A stretch of DNA of 64,000 nucleotides from Patescibacteria group bacterium (GTDB taxonomy: Bacteria; Patescibacteriota; Gracilibacteria; UBA1369; PNNO01): contig JBHPIO010000001.1 of NCBI GenBank assembly GCA_042568575.1, positions 128,001 through 192,000 on the forward strand. The letters are read 5' to 3'. Shown one piece after another: positions 46,823 through 60,017 of the stretch (position 1 is the first letter of the stretch; each line of letters starts with the position of its first letter). The notes under the pieces are model-generated. The model worked only from the letters and a program-made list of their open reading frames with translations. It did not search any database and had not been told where the DNA came from. The position numbers were made by a program, and so were the translations under genes.

Positions 46823-48649
46823 CTACATGTCACGTTTGAGAATTGAAAGGAACGCCTCTTGTGGAATATCAACATTGCCGACTTTTTTCATACGCTTTTT
46901 CCCTGCCTTTTGCTTTTTAAGGAGCTTATCTTTACGAGTTCTATCACCTCCATACAATTTAGCAGTAACATCTTTTCGAAGAGCCCTAATAGTTTCACGA
47001 GCAATAATTTTTGATCCAATCGCAGCCTGAACCGGAATTTCGAATTGAGAACGCGGGATCAACTCTTTAAGTTTCTTTGTAATGTGCACGCCGACTCTAT
47101 ATGCCTCTTCACGATGAACAATCACAGAAAGAGCCTCAACAACATTCCCTCCAACCAAAACGTCTAATTTTACAAGTTTATCCTCTCTATACCCAATATA
47201 ATCATAATTCATTGAAGCGTAACCCGAAGTTATACTTTTAAGTGCATCATAAAAATCAATAACAATCGAAGCCAAAGGTATTTCAAAAGTTATCATAACC
47301 CTATTTTGATCTATATATTGCATATCTTTATGCATTCCTCTTCTCTCTTGAACAAGCTTCATTATACTTCCCGTATAATCTTTTGGAGTAAGAATCTCAA
47401 GCTTCATCCATGGCTCTTTAATACCTAAAATAGAAGCAGGAGGTGGAAGCTCAGAAGGGTTAGATATTTGCATTTCCTCAGCATTAGCTTGAATAACTCT
47501 GTAAGATACTGACGGAGAAGTAATAATAAGATTAAGATCATATTCCCGTTCAAGCCTTTCCTGAACTATTTCCAAATGAAGCATTCCCAAAAACCCACAT
47601 CTAAAACCAAATCCAAGAGCACCAGACTGTTCTGGAGCAAAAGATAGAGCAGAATCATTTAATTGTAATTTCTCCAATGCATCTCTTAGAAGTGGATAAT
47701 CATCTCCATCAACACAAAAAATCCCCGCAAACACATACGGCTTAACCTCAGTATAACCTTCCAGAGGCTTCGCTTGTGTGAACTTCATTCTTTCAGCACC
47801 TTGTTTCCATAAAGTGTCACCTACTCTCGCTTCAGCAACCGTCTTTAAACCTGTAACGATGTATCCCACTTCTCCCGCTTTCAACCTCTGTGCTGGCTGA
47901 TATTTTGGCTTAAAATAACCACATTCAACAACTTCGATTTGCTTTTGAGTGTGCAGTAAATGCAATTGATCCCCTCTTTTTACCTCACCAGACATCACTC
48001 TTATATATGCAACAACACCTTTATACGAATCATATACTGAATCAAAAATTAGTGATTTGAATTCATCATCTCTAGAAGAAGCTGCCGGAGGTGGAACTTT
48101 CTTAATTACCGCTTCTAGAACTGCTTCAATGTTTGTTCCTTCTTTTGCGGAAACAGCTATAATATCCTCCTTTGGAATACCCAATGTGGCTTCTATTTCT
48201 GCTGACACTTTATCAACATCCGCAGAGGGAAGATCAATTTTATTAAGAACAGGAATTAATTCTAAATTATGATCAATTGCCATGTAACAATTCGCAAGTG
48301 TCTGAGCCTGTATTCCTTGAGTAGCATCAATGACCAGAATCGCGCCTTCACAAGCGGCTAAACTCCGAGAAACTTCATATGCGAAATCAACGTGTCCAGG
48401 CGTATCAATTAGATTCAAAATATAATTCTCGTTGTTATATGCCCACTCCATACGGACAGGCTGAAGTTTAATTGTAATTCCCCTTTCCTGTTCAATATCC
48501 ATCGTGTCCAGAAGTTGACCGTGCTTCATATCTCTTTTACTCACCGTACTTGTCACTTCCAAGAAGCGATCAGCGAGGGTCGATTTTCCATGATCTATAT
48601 GCGCGATAATGCAAAAGCTCCTAACGTTTTGTACTAAATTTTTATTCAT
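46823..48649 (-). CDS. lepA: Elongation factor 4 (LepA)
   Basis: IAHIDHGKSTLADR, ERGITIK, DTPGHVDF, NKID, GFRCGFLGMLH, KLLKKQKAGKKRMK. Confidence 0.98.
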   Translation of the reverse strand: MNKNLVQNVRSFCIIAHIDHGKSTLADRFLEVTSTVSKRDMKHGQLLDTMDIEQERGITIKLQPVRMEWAYNNENYILNLIDTPGHVDFAYEVSRSLAACEGAILVIDATQGIQAQTLANCYMAIDHNLELIPVLNKIDLPSADVDKVSAEIEATLGIPKEDIIAVSAKEGTNIEAVLEAVIKKVPPPAASSRDDEFKSLIFDSVYDSYKGVVAYIRVMSGEVKRGDQLHLLHTQKQIEVVECGYFKPKYQPAQRLKAGEVGYIVTGLKTVAEARVGDTLWKQGAERMKFTQAKPLEGYTEVKPYVFAGIFCVDGDDYPLLRDALEKLQLNDSALSFAPEQSGALGFGFRCGFLGMLHLEIVQERLEREYDLNLIITSPSVSYRVIQANAEEMQISNPSELPPPASILGIKEPWMKLEILTPKDYTGSIMKLVQERRGMHKDMQYIDQNRVMITFEIPLASIVIDFYDALKSITSGYASMNYDYIGYREDKLVKLDVLVGGNVVEALSVIVHREEAYRVGVHITKKLKELIPRSQFEIPVQAAIGSKIIARETIRALRKDVTAKLYGGDRTRKDKLLKKQKAGKKRMKKVGNVDIPQEAFLSILKRDM

Positions 48650-48836
48650 ATATCTGGGGATTCCATGCCCTCTTGAACAACATTCTTGTTCATCTTTTAT
48701 TGTCACTTATTTGTTTAAAATAAGGCGAAAAGATTCTAACAAACATCTTCATAAAAGTAAAATATTATTGTTGATCATCTGCAATTGAATTTATAGGCGT
48801 TTTTTGGTATACTTATCTGATGTAAATACTTTATTT

Positions 48837-49283
48837 ATGCAATTTAAAGTCCCACAAGACGTACAAAGAGCGGACAAGATCATTGGGCCGCTAACCCTAA
48901 AGCACATGATTATAATTGGTGCTGGAGGTGGTCTTGCGTACATTATTTACACTATTCTCTCTCGAAGTTATTTCTGGGAAGTCTGGCTTCCGCCTGTAGG
49001 AATCATTTTGGTACTCACCGCAGTAATAGCCTTTGTAAAGATATTCAACGTATCTTTCGGGAAATTCGTACTTCTATTTATTGAATTTAATATAGCTCCA
49101 AGGCAAAGAAAATGGTTTAAAGCCAGCGGAGAAGTGATTATTCCAATAATAACACCACCAAAACCATCAGACGTTCAGGAAAAAGCCGTTAAAAAGAAAC
49201 AATCATCTGCAGAAACGATGGGTAAGCTGGATGATCTCTCACATATGCTCGATACATATGGTGAAAAAATCGAAAAATCTTAA
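48837..49283 (+). CDS. PrgI-family membrane protein (CPR type)
   Basis: MQFKVPQDVQRADKIIGPLTLKH followed by two TM segments. Confidence 0.8.
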   Translation: MQFKVPQDVQRADKIIGPLTLKHMIIIGAGGGLAYIIYTILSRSYFWEVWLPPVGIILVLTAVIAFVKIFNVSFGKFVLLFIEFNIAPRQRKWFKASGEVIIPIITPPKPSDVQEKAVKKKQSSAETMGKLDDLSHMLDTYGEKIEKS

Positions 49284-49293
49284 AACATAAAAT

Positions 49294-50071
49294 ATGCCTA
49301 CAGAAGCAACAAAAACTAAAATCAACGACAAGAGTGTTCGTCAGGCCAAAAAATCACCTGCAGCAAGCACCCAAACATATTTAAAGATAGCTGAAATTAG
49401 AGACGATACAGTTGTACTCAAAAACGGAGGAATTCGTTCTGTATTGAAAGTTTCGAGTGTAAATTTCAGCTTAAAATCAGAAGAAGAGCAAAACGCTATT
49501 ATTTACTCATACCAAGGGTTTTTAAACTCTTTGGAGTTCCCAATTCAAATACTTATACAATCAAAAAAGCTAGATATAGACAATTATATTGATCATCTTA
49601 GCGATCTTGGAGAAAAAACAAACCAATACACTTCTACAGCAACAGACATACGAATATATGGATTACATCCAAAGACTTGTTGAATACGCTGATATCATGG
49701 AAAAAGCGTTCTACGTAATAATCCCGATGGATACTTTCCGATCAACAAAACCTTCATTCATTCAACGTTTCTTTCAAAACATGTCGCCGAAAGACACATA
49801 TTCAGAACTACAAAAACGGCACAAAGAATTTGCACAGCTCAAAAAAACCCTAAACCAGCGCACTACAACTGTTAAAGCAGGGCTGGAAAGCGCAGGGCTA
49901 AAGGTAGATCAACTTAAAACTAAAGATCTTATTGAACTCTTCTACGAAATCTACAACCCAATGAGTTCACGTAATCAAAAAGTTGACGAGATTGAAAAGA
50001 TAGACATTAAAACCGACAAAGACGTTCTTTCAGAAGCGGAACGGAATAAAATTGGTAACGACGAAGAGTAA
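49294..50071 (+). pseudogene. CPR T4SS-associated (PrgI-partner) protein split by a +1 frameshift at an A6 run
   Basis: ORFs 49294-49683 and 49589-50071 join as ...DLGEKQTNTLLQQQTYEY... if one A is removed from 49613-49618. May be a sequencing error. Confidence 0.7.
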
Positions 50072-50109
50072 CCTATTGGTTGTAGGTTCGAACCCCACGG
50101 CCCCCACCA
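50069..50109 (+). other. Isolated tRNA 3' half (anticodon loop to CCA), att-like remnant
   Basis: TAA-CCTAT-TGGTT-GTAGG-TTCGAAC-CCCAC-GGCCCCC-A-CCA; no matching 5' half upstream. Confidence 0.75.
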
Positions 50110-50117
50110 TACTTGTG

Positions 50118-50145
50118 AAATCTCAACCCAGGTTGAGATTTTTTT
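50118..50145 (+). terminator. Intrinsic terminator
   Basis: AAATCTCAACC-CA-GGTTGAGATT followed by a T run. Confidence 0.75.
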
Positions 50146-50159
50146 ATACACTTAAAACC

Positions 50160-50316
50160 GTGAACAAAATCTTTTTGAGCCCGCGTAGTGTTTTTTCTGC
50201 GGGTCTCGTGGGCCCCGCAGGCAAAAAAACACGAGCCTTTGCGAAAAACAATTTCGTTCACAACCTTATGAGGAAAGGGGTTCCCAAAAGGGGGAAACCA
50301 GGGGTGTCCCCCTTTT
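50160..50316. repeat. Long imperfect palindrome plus G/C-rich hairpin (REP/MITE-like)
   Basis: GTGAAC..GTGTTTTTTCTGCGGG / CCCGCAGGCAAAAAAACAC..GTTCAC, and AAAAGGGGG..CCCCCTTTT. Confidence 0.5.
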
Positions 50317-50336
50317 GAATATGCTAAAAACCACTA

Positions 50337-50452
50337 TCTTGGCAGCGCCCTACTCTCCCACAACTCATGCTGCAGTACCATCGGCGAAGAGTGGCTTAAC
50401 TTCTGTGTTCGGGATGGGAACAGGTGTACCCCACTCTCAAGAGCTACCAAGA
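50337..50452 (-). rRNA. rrf: 5S rRNA
   Basis: Reverse complement contains CACCTGTTCCCATCCCGAACACAGAAGTTAAG...GCCGATGGTACT...GGGAGAGTAGG, with terminal stem TCTTGG/CCAAGA. Confidence 0.97.
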
Positions 50453-50598
50453 CAGTGGCTTTTAAAGCTACTGTCTAAAATTGACATGTTATTTCCACAA
50501 ATTGCTAGTCTTAGCACTAATTTAGTGCCGGTACTAAATCCCTAAAAAATATGGGGACTTAGCACCAACACCGCCGTGCTAAAAAATACGTTTTAAAT

Positions 50599-53588
<2,990 letters not shown>

Positions 53589-53713
53589 ATTTTTATATTA
53601 AAACGTACATATCACGTCAGCGAACTGACATGATTGACTAGCAATTCGTAAAAATAACAACGAATCACTAGATTTTTATTACAAAGTGTTCAATTTGTGG
53701 TTATAAACTCTAA

Positions 53714-53896
53714 TTTTCAAGGATCAACTTCATGCGAAAAAAAAAGTGTGTACTTGGCGCACACACTCTCAAACCTAAATAAACGCGAGGCTTTACGTCT
53801 TCAAGCTTAAGAGTATGTACGGATTTTTGCGCATAAAAAAGCTACTTTTTAGCAATTTAGTGTACCGATTATAAAGAATCGAAAATCCAAAGTCAA
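53714..53896 (-). promoter_or_regulatory. rRNA promoter TTGACT-17-TATAAT (53868-53896) and boxA-like TGATCCTTGAAAA (53714-53726)
   Basis: Consensus motifs directly upstream of 23S; no 16S gene intervenes. Confidence 0.75.
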
Positions 53897-53920
53897 CTAA
53901 TTTTTTACTTTTTTTAGACT

Positions 53921-54169
53921 TTAGTTACCTGGGGATAAAATAGGGCCAAACAAACCACTTAATACAGACTGAACCGTTCCGGTAATATACATCAATGTAG
54001 CGAAAAAAAGTCCAATTCCAATAAGGACGAATAAAGTATACGTTCCACCCGACCCTAAATACTTTTCTGCAAAACCAATATCGCCGGTGAAATTCTTCAA
54101 CTTAGACCTATATATAATGATGAGAAATGAAAGTGGAAATCCAATAAGCGCAAAAATGACTTTATTCAT
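53921..54169 (-). CDS. Small membrane hypothetical protein
   Basis: 82 aa with two TM segments around FTGDIGFAEKYLGSGGTY. Confidence 0.75.
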   Translation of the reverse strand: MNKVIFALIGFPLSFLIIIYRSKLKNFTGDIGFAEKYLGSGGTYTLFVLIGIGLFFATLMYITGTVQSVLSGLFGPILSPGN

Positions 54170-54214
54170 GACAAAATTATTAACCAGCTAAATACTATGG
54201 AGTATTGTAGCATA

Positions 54215-54784
54215 TTAATAATTACTTCCCAGCGGGGTTATATTATCTACTTCATTCTCGCCAACCATTTTATCCAATTTTTTCCATAACTTTCTACAAG
54301 TCTTGCGTCTTTCATGCGAGATCTTGAGATTTCTTTGATTCTTATTAGCTTCACTTTGAGCGCCTAATAAGAATTTTTCGTATCTTTTACATGCTTTTTG
54401 TCCATCTTGTTGAGTCCCTAAATCTAAAAGCCCTTCGCTTTGACGTTGATCAGTCCAAGATTTTCTTTTTTCTACACAATCATCTTCTAAACTTTTTTGG
54501 TGCTTGAGAAATTTTTTCGCATTATCCTCCTCATAACAACCTTGGGAATAAGTAACCAAGTCCGGAGTCTTCTTCTCTTTCTTACAACCTCCAGCAGCTC
54601 CAACAGCAGCACCTAGACCTAATGCTCCAAGGATGCCAAGAACTCTATTATTATACCAATGCCTCATCCTCCCAGGTTCTGCTTTAGGAGTAGGATCATC
54701 TATTTCAGATATAATTCCATCAATAAATTCATCACTATATCTTTCGGTTTCTGAACCTGTTTGTCCGCTAGTTGATTCACTCAT
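54215..54784 (-). CDS. Hypothetical protein with internal signal/lipobox-like segment and Cys-containing helical domain
   Basis: Start MSESTSG at 54784; RVLGILGALGLGAAVGAAGG|CKKEKK about 50-66 aa into the protein. Confidence 0.7.
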   Translation of the reverse strand: MSESTSGQTGSETERYSDEFIDGIISEIDDPTPKAEPGRMRHWYNNRVLGILGALGLGAAVGAAGGCKKEKKTPDLVTYSQGCYEEDNAKKFLKHQKSLEDDCVEKRKSWTDQRQSEGLLDLGTQQDGQKACKRYEKFLLGAQSEANKNQRNLKISHERRKTCRKLWKKLDKMVGENEVDNITPLGSNY

Positions 54785-54927
54785 TATATATAGGTAATAA
54801 TTACAAGACTCATTTATATAATATATGATGATTTTTGTCAAGTATTTTATGTCAATTTATTTTAACAATAATTATCTTGCTTCGTTGTTAAAAAAGGGAT
54901 AGGATTTTCTTAGTTATTTTCTAGGCT

Positions 54928-56811
54928 ATGAATTCAAATATAGGAAGTTTTTTCCGGAAAAAATCAGTTAAGATCATTATCGGCATTATTGTCGTAGGAT
55001 TGATAGCTTCGTATTTTTGGGGTGGAGAAGAAGAGAAAGAATACGTTCTTGCCCAAGCAACTAAAGGAGATATCATCCAATCAGTAAGTGTAACTGGAAC
55101 AATCAAAGCAGACCCTTCTATGGATCTGCATTTTCAAAAATCTGGAAAAATTAACGAGATAACTGTTAAAGAAGGTGACAAAGTTGTAAGTGATCAACTT
55201 CTAGCATCACTTGAAAACGAAACACTTGAACTGGATGTAGAAAGAAAGCGCGCAAATCTTCAATATGCTAGAGCACTTTATAATCAAACACAGGCAGGAG
55301 CGAAGTACGAGGAAATACTTATCGCGCAGGCTGATGTTCAAAGTGCACAGGCAGCTTACGATGCAGCACTAGTTGAAGCTGACAATACTAAAGAAATCGG
55401 ATGGCAGACCGTTGATTTAGCTGAACTTGAATATGAGGATGCACAAGATGAATATGACACAACGAAAGAGCTTGTTGAAAAAGAACTTGCCAACCTTGAA
55501 CTTACAGGCAACACATCTCAGTCAGTTGCTCTGGATAACGCATACAAAACAGCGGAGACACAATTGGACAACATATTCCCTACCCTCCAAGACAGCATTT
55601 ATTTAGCTGAAGAAACTATCGGAGTTAGAGGAACAGGTTACATCCTTTTATCACAAACAAATAAGAATAATTTAGAAAGAACCTACCACACCCCAGCAGA
55701 CAATGATTACACAGCAGCTCTGGAAGCATATCAAGCTTTATCTGCAGATCCTTCTCAAGCAGAGGTTGATGATGTTATTGGTAAAACCTTAAAAGCAGCT
55801 AACAGCATATTACTACTTTTAACTCAGACAGGGTTCGAACTTGAGAAACTTCCATATGACAGAACTGACCTACAGAACTTAATAGTAGAGATATCAGCAC
55901 AATCAACTGCTCTTTCAACAGTAACGCTGACACTTCAAGAATCACAGAATACGATTATAACTTTAAAGACTGGTTCATCACAGGACATTGAAACTCTAAC
56001 TCTATCGTATCAATTACAAATAGATGCTGCGGGAAGTAAACTTAACGCAGCAGAGAATGCTCTTGCACAAGCAAAACTTAATTCAGAAATATCAAATAAA
56101 AATGTTGACGCACTCGTTGCTTTGAAAAAGGCTGCTTTAGATACAGCGCTAGCAAATCTTGAACTCAGGAAATCTCCAGCAAGGACAGTGGATCTCGCTC
56201 CCCTAGCAGCACAAATCACTCAGGCAGAAATTGATCTCAGAACTTCTGAAAAGAATTTCCGTGACGGCCAATTGTTTGCACCAATCGATGCCGTTGTAAG
56301 TTTTATATACAGCGAAGTTGGTGAAAACATTTCATTAACAGAAACTTCATTAAGTCCTTTTATCACTCTTCACGCTGAAGGATTGCTTGTTGAGGCAAAC
56401 GTACCTGAAACAGATATCGTAAAAATTAAATTGAAAGATTCCGTTGAAATGACTCTGGATGCATTCGATTTCACTGAAAAGTTCTATGGAGATGTTGTTG
56501 AGATAGATCCAGCTGAAACAGCTGTTCAGGGCGTTATCTACTATAAAATCAAATCTGCATTTACTGGCCAGGACGATAGAATTAAATCTGGTATGACAGT
56601 TAATCTGGAAATCGAAACTGATAAGAAGGAAGATGTCCTTCTAATTCCAATACGTGCCCTTAAATTTGAGGACAGCACTAAATATGTTGAAGTCCTTAAT
56701 AATGGAGGCCCAAAGAAAACTCAAATCACTACAGGTATCGAAAATGATCAATTTGTTGAAATCCTATCCGGCCTAAAAGAAGGTGACAAAGTAATCACGT
56801 TCGTTAAATAA
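54928..56811 (+). CDS. MacA/HlyD-like periplasmic adaptor with very long coiled coil
   Basis: N-terminal TM, SGKINEITVKEGDKV, LFAPIDAVV, VPETDI, IKSGMT, ILSGLKEGDKV. Confidence 0.9.
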   Translation: MNSNIGSFFRKKSVKIIIGIIVVGLIASYFWGGEEEKEYVLAQATKGDIIQSVSVTGTIKADPSMDLHFQKSGKINEITVKEGDKVVSDQLLASLENETLELDVERKRANLQYARALYNQTQAGAKYEEILIAQADVQSAQAAYDAALVEADNTKEIGWQTVDLAELEYEDAQDEYDTTKELVEKELANLELTGNTSQSVALDNAYKTAETQLDNIFPTLQDSIYLAEETIGVRGTGYILLSQTNKNNLERTYHTPADNDYTAALEAYQALSADPSQAEVDDVIGKTLKAANSILLLLTQTGFELEKLPYDRTDLQNLIVEISAQSTALSTVTLTLQESQNTIITLKTGSSQDIETLTLSYQLQIDAAGSKLNAAENALAQAKLNSEISNKNVDALVALKKAALDTALANLELRKSPARTVDLAPLAAQITQAEIDLRTSEKNFRDGQLFAPIDAVVSFIYSEVGENISLTETSLSPFITLHAEGLLVEANVPETDIVKIKLKDSVEMTLDAFDFTEKFYGDVVEIDPAETAVQGVIYYKIKSAFTGQDDRIKSGMTVNLEIETDKKEDVLLIPIRALKFEDSTKYVEVLNNGGPKKTQITTGIENDQFVEILSGLKEGDKVITFVK

Positions 56812-56831
56812 ATCATTAATAATAGTGCAGG

Positions 56832-57518
56832 ATGAAAAAAGAAGCGCTAATTTCTACGAAAAATCTTTCGAAAGATTATATAACCGGCACCGTAGTTACC
56901 CAAGCACTCAAGGGTGTTGATTTCGAAGTACATGAAGGAGAGTTTATTGCAATTATGGGACACTCAGGAAGTGGCAAATCAACATTAATGCATATTCTCG
57001 GATTCTTGGATGTACCAACTGCTGGCGACTATATTTTCGATGGTAAAAATACAAAGAAATTCGATGACGACAAACTTGCTGAAATAAGAAATAAAAAAGT
57101 TGGATTCGTATTTCAGGCTTTTAATCTCCTGCCAAGAACTACAGCTATTGATAACGTGCGCCTTCCAATGATTTACGCTGGTGTTCCCGAAGAAGAGCAA
57201 ATCAAAAGAGCAAAGAAGGCTCTGCATGACGTTGGACTTAGTGACAGGATGAATAATAAATCAAATGAGCTTTCGGGAGGTCAGCAGCAACGTGTCGCAA
57301 TTGCGCGAGCTTTAATCAACAAACCAAGAATTATTTTTGCGGATGAGCCTACCGGAAATCTGGACAGTACTTCGAGTCGCGAAATCATGGAAATTGTCGA
57401 CAATCTTCACAAAGAAGGTCACACAATAATAATAGTAACTCACGAAGACAATATTGCCGCACACGCACAGCGAATAACAAAGATGAAAGACGGGCTAACA
57501 TTTAATGGACACTCATGA
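56832..57518 (+). CDS. MacB/LolD-family ABC ATPase
   Basis: [45 protein letters not shown]. Confidence 0.95.
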   Translation: MKKEALISTKNLSKDYITGTVVTQALKGVDFEVHEGEFIAIMGHSGSGKSTLMHILGFLDVPTAGDYIFDGKNTKKFDDDKLAEIRNKKVGFVFQAFNLLPRTTAIDNVRLPMIYAGVPEEEQIKRAKKALHDVGLSDRMNNKSNELSGGQQQRVAIARALINKPRIIFADEPTGNLDSTSSREIMEIVDNLHKEGHTIIIVTHEDNIAAHAQRITKMKDGLTFNGHS

Positions 57519-58747
57519 ACCACTGGTTAACTATAAAACTTGCAATAACCGGACTTCTTGCGAATAAGATGCGGGCATTTTTGACCATTCTGGGAACTAT
57601 AATAGGTGTATCTGCAATTATTGTAATCGTATCTGTCGGGAATGGCGCTGAATCATTAATAGTGAGTCAGGTTGAATCAATTGGATCAAATTTAGTTGGT
57701 ATACTGCCTGGTGGAAGCGATGAAGATGAGCCACCGGCTGCTTTAATGGGAATTGTAATCACAACACTCAAATATGAAGATATTGCGGCACTACGAGATA
57801 TTCCAAATGTTGTTGAAGTTGCTGGCTATAATAAAGAAGTAGGAGAAGTTGTTTATAAAAATAATAAAACAGAAACCACGCTCACAGGAACATTTTCTAG
57901 CTACCCGGTAGTTGAAGAGGCAGATCTTTCCGAAGGAAGATTTTTTAATGAAACGGAAGAACGGGGCATCGCAAAAGTTATTGTTCTTGGATCGCAAATA
58001 AAAAAGGATCTATTTGGAAGTAGAAGTCCTATTGGGGAATCAGTAAAAATCCAGAGTGTTTCATTTAAAGTTATTGGTGTGATGGAAGAACGGGGCGCAA
58101 GCGGCTTTTCAAATAATGATACGCTTGTGTTTATTCCTGTTAAGACAATGCACAAATTAATCCTGGGTGTTAATCACCTGGCGCTTGCGCGTGTCAAAGT
58201 AAATGACGATCAAAATGTGGAAGAGGTTATGGCAACTGTGGAAAATATTTTAAGAGGCAGGCACAGCATTGATGACCCTAAAGATGACGACTTTACTGTA
58301 GCAAGTCAGGCGCAAAGTCTAGATACGGTGCAGAACATCACAGGAAGTATAAAAATTATGCTTACGGCAATTGCGTTTATCGCTCTTATTGTTGGAGGAA
58401 TCGGAATTATGAATGTTATGTATATAGCCGTAACAGAACGTACAAGAGAGATCGGGCTGCGAAAAGCACTTGGAGCAAAACGAAAGGACATCCTGAGCCA
58501 ATTCCTTGTAGAAGCAGTTTCAATCACAAGTATTGGAGGGGCTATCGGAATAATCATTGGGGTTCTATTTTCTGCACTGGTTGCGGCAACCATTCAGTAT
58601 TTAGGTTACGACTGGGCGTTTATCGTGACCGGCGATTCGATAATAATAGCAAGTCTTGTTATAGCAGGTGTAGGAATTGTTTTTGGATACGGTCCTGCAA
58701 AAAAAGCTGCCGGCTTACCGGCAATCGAAGCATTAAGGTATGAATAA
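57515..58747 (+). CDS. MacB/FtsX-family ABC permease
   Basis: [45 protein letters not shown]...IEALRYE. Confidence 0.94.
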   Translation: MNHWLTIKLAITGLLANKMRAFLTILGTIIGVSAIIVIVSVGNGAESLIVSQVESIGSNLVGILPGGSDEDEPPAALMGIVITTLKYEDIAALRDIPNVVEVAGYNKEVGEVVYKNNKTETTLTGTFSSYPVVEEADLSEGRFFNETEERGIAKVIVLGSQIKKDLFGSRSPIGESVKIQSVSFKVIGVMEERGASGFSNNDTLVFIPVKTMHKLILGVNHLALARVKVNDDQNVEEVMATVENILRGRHSIDDPKDDDFTVASQAQSLDTVQNITGSIKIMLTAIAFIALIVGGIGIMNVMYIAVTERTREIGLRKALGAKRKDILSQFLVEAVSITSIGGAIGIIIGVLFSALVAATIQYLGYDWAFIVTGDSIIIASLVIAGVGIVFGYGPAKKAAGLPAIEALRYE

Positions 58748-58752
58748 TATTT

Positions 58753-60015
58753 ATGTTTGATCTAAAGAAAATAAAATTAGCGATTCAACTTGCAGTTCAA
58801 GGTCTAAAAACGAACAGACTTCGAACAATTTTAACGACTGTCGGGATTGTAATAGGCATTTCAACGGTAATTATCGTACTTGCTGCAGGAAGAGGCCTTG
58901 AAACATATATCATCAAGCAAATGGAAATTTTTGGTTCAGACACAATTGAGATTGAGATAAAGCTTCCAAGTACATCTGATGTTGAAATGATGTCAGCGAT
59001 GATTGGAGGAGCAGAAGTTACCACACTTAAAAAGGAAGATTTTGAAGCCGTAAAAACTCTCGAAAATGTTGATGAATACTATGCGGCGATTCTTGGTGAA
59101 TTTAAAACTGTATATAAGAATAAGAATGTCAGCGCCACAATTCTTGCCACAACTGCAGGAGAACCGGCAATAGAGCCTGATTTAAAAATGCAACAGGGAA
59201 GATTTTTTACAGAAAAAGAAGATAGAGCAGTTGCTAAAGTAGCAATACTTGGATCTGAAATTAAAGAAGATCTTTTTGGAGCCGAAGATGCAATCGGAAA
59301 GAATATCAAAATAAATCAGGTAAGTTTTAAAGTGATAGGTATAGCTGAATCACGCGGAGCAGCATTCTACTTCAGTTACGATAAAATGATTTACGTACCA
59401 CTAAAAACTGCTCAGAAGCTCCTTTTGGGCATTGAGCATGTTCTTTATGGATTCGTTTCAGTCCACGATACTACACGCGTTAAAGAAACTGTTGCAGAAA
59501 TGATCACCATAATGGAAAGAAGACACGGAATCCCTCCTGGGAATGAAAAGAAGCACGACTTTAGAGTTACAAGTATGCAAGAAGCAATGGAGATAATGGG
59601 AACTGTTACTTTTGCAATTACACTACTAGTACTCGGTGTCGCAGGCATATCCCTACTTGTTGGAGGTGTTGGAATTATGAACATCATGTATTTAACAGTT
59701 TTAGAACGCACAAGAGAGATCGGACTACGAAAAGCATTAGGAGCACCAAACAGTTTAATCCAAGCTCAGTTCTTATATGAAGCAATCATTATTACCGGCC
59801 TCGGTGGCCTTGTTGGAATAGCACTTGGATGGGTCATTGTTACTTTAATAGGCTTTGCTGCATCTCTTCAGGGATTTAATTTCGATCTAGGAGTTAGTTT
59901 AGACGCAGTTTTAGTTGGCCTGGGAGCATCTCTATTCTTCGGAGTCATCTTCGGATTATATCCAGCTCGAAAAGCTGCATCACTTAGTCCTGTGGAAGCG
60001 CTTAGGTGGGAATAA
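58753..60015 (+). CDS. MacB/FtsX-family ABC permease (second paralog)
   Basis: RTILTTVGIVIGI, VGGVGIMNIM...[31 protein letters not shown]. Confidence 0.94.
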   Translation: MFDLKKIKLAIQLAVQGLKTNRLRTILTTVGIVIGISTVIIVLAAGRGLETYIIKQMEIFGSDTIEIEIKLPSTSDVEMMSAMIGGAEVTTLKKEDFEAVKTLENVDEYYAAILGEFKTVYKNKNVSATILATTAGEPAIEPDLKMQQGRFFTEKEDRAVAKVAILGSEIKEDLFGAEDAIGKNIKINQVSFKVIGIAESRGAAFYFSYDKMIYVPLKTAQKLLLGIEHVLYGFVSVHDTTRVKETVAEMITIMERRHGIPPGNEKKHDFRVTSMQEAMEIMGTVTFAITLLVLGVAGISLLVGGVGIMNIMYLTVLERTREIGLRKALGAPNSLIQAQFLYEAIIITGLGGLVGIALGWVIVTLIGFAASLQGFNFDLGVSLDAVLVGLGASLFFGVIFGLYPARKAASLSPVEALRWE

Positions 60016-60017
60016 GC

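Noticed and set aside
50069-50109. tmRNA 3' end or intact tRNA
   Set aside because: The acceptor strand GGCCCCC lacks the U70 needed for the Ala G3-U70 pair, and no D arm or 5' acceptor strand lies upstream.
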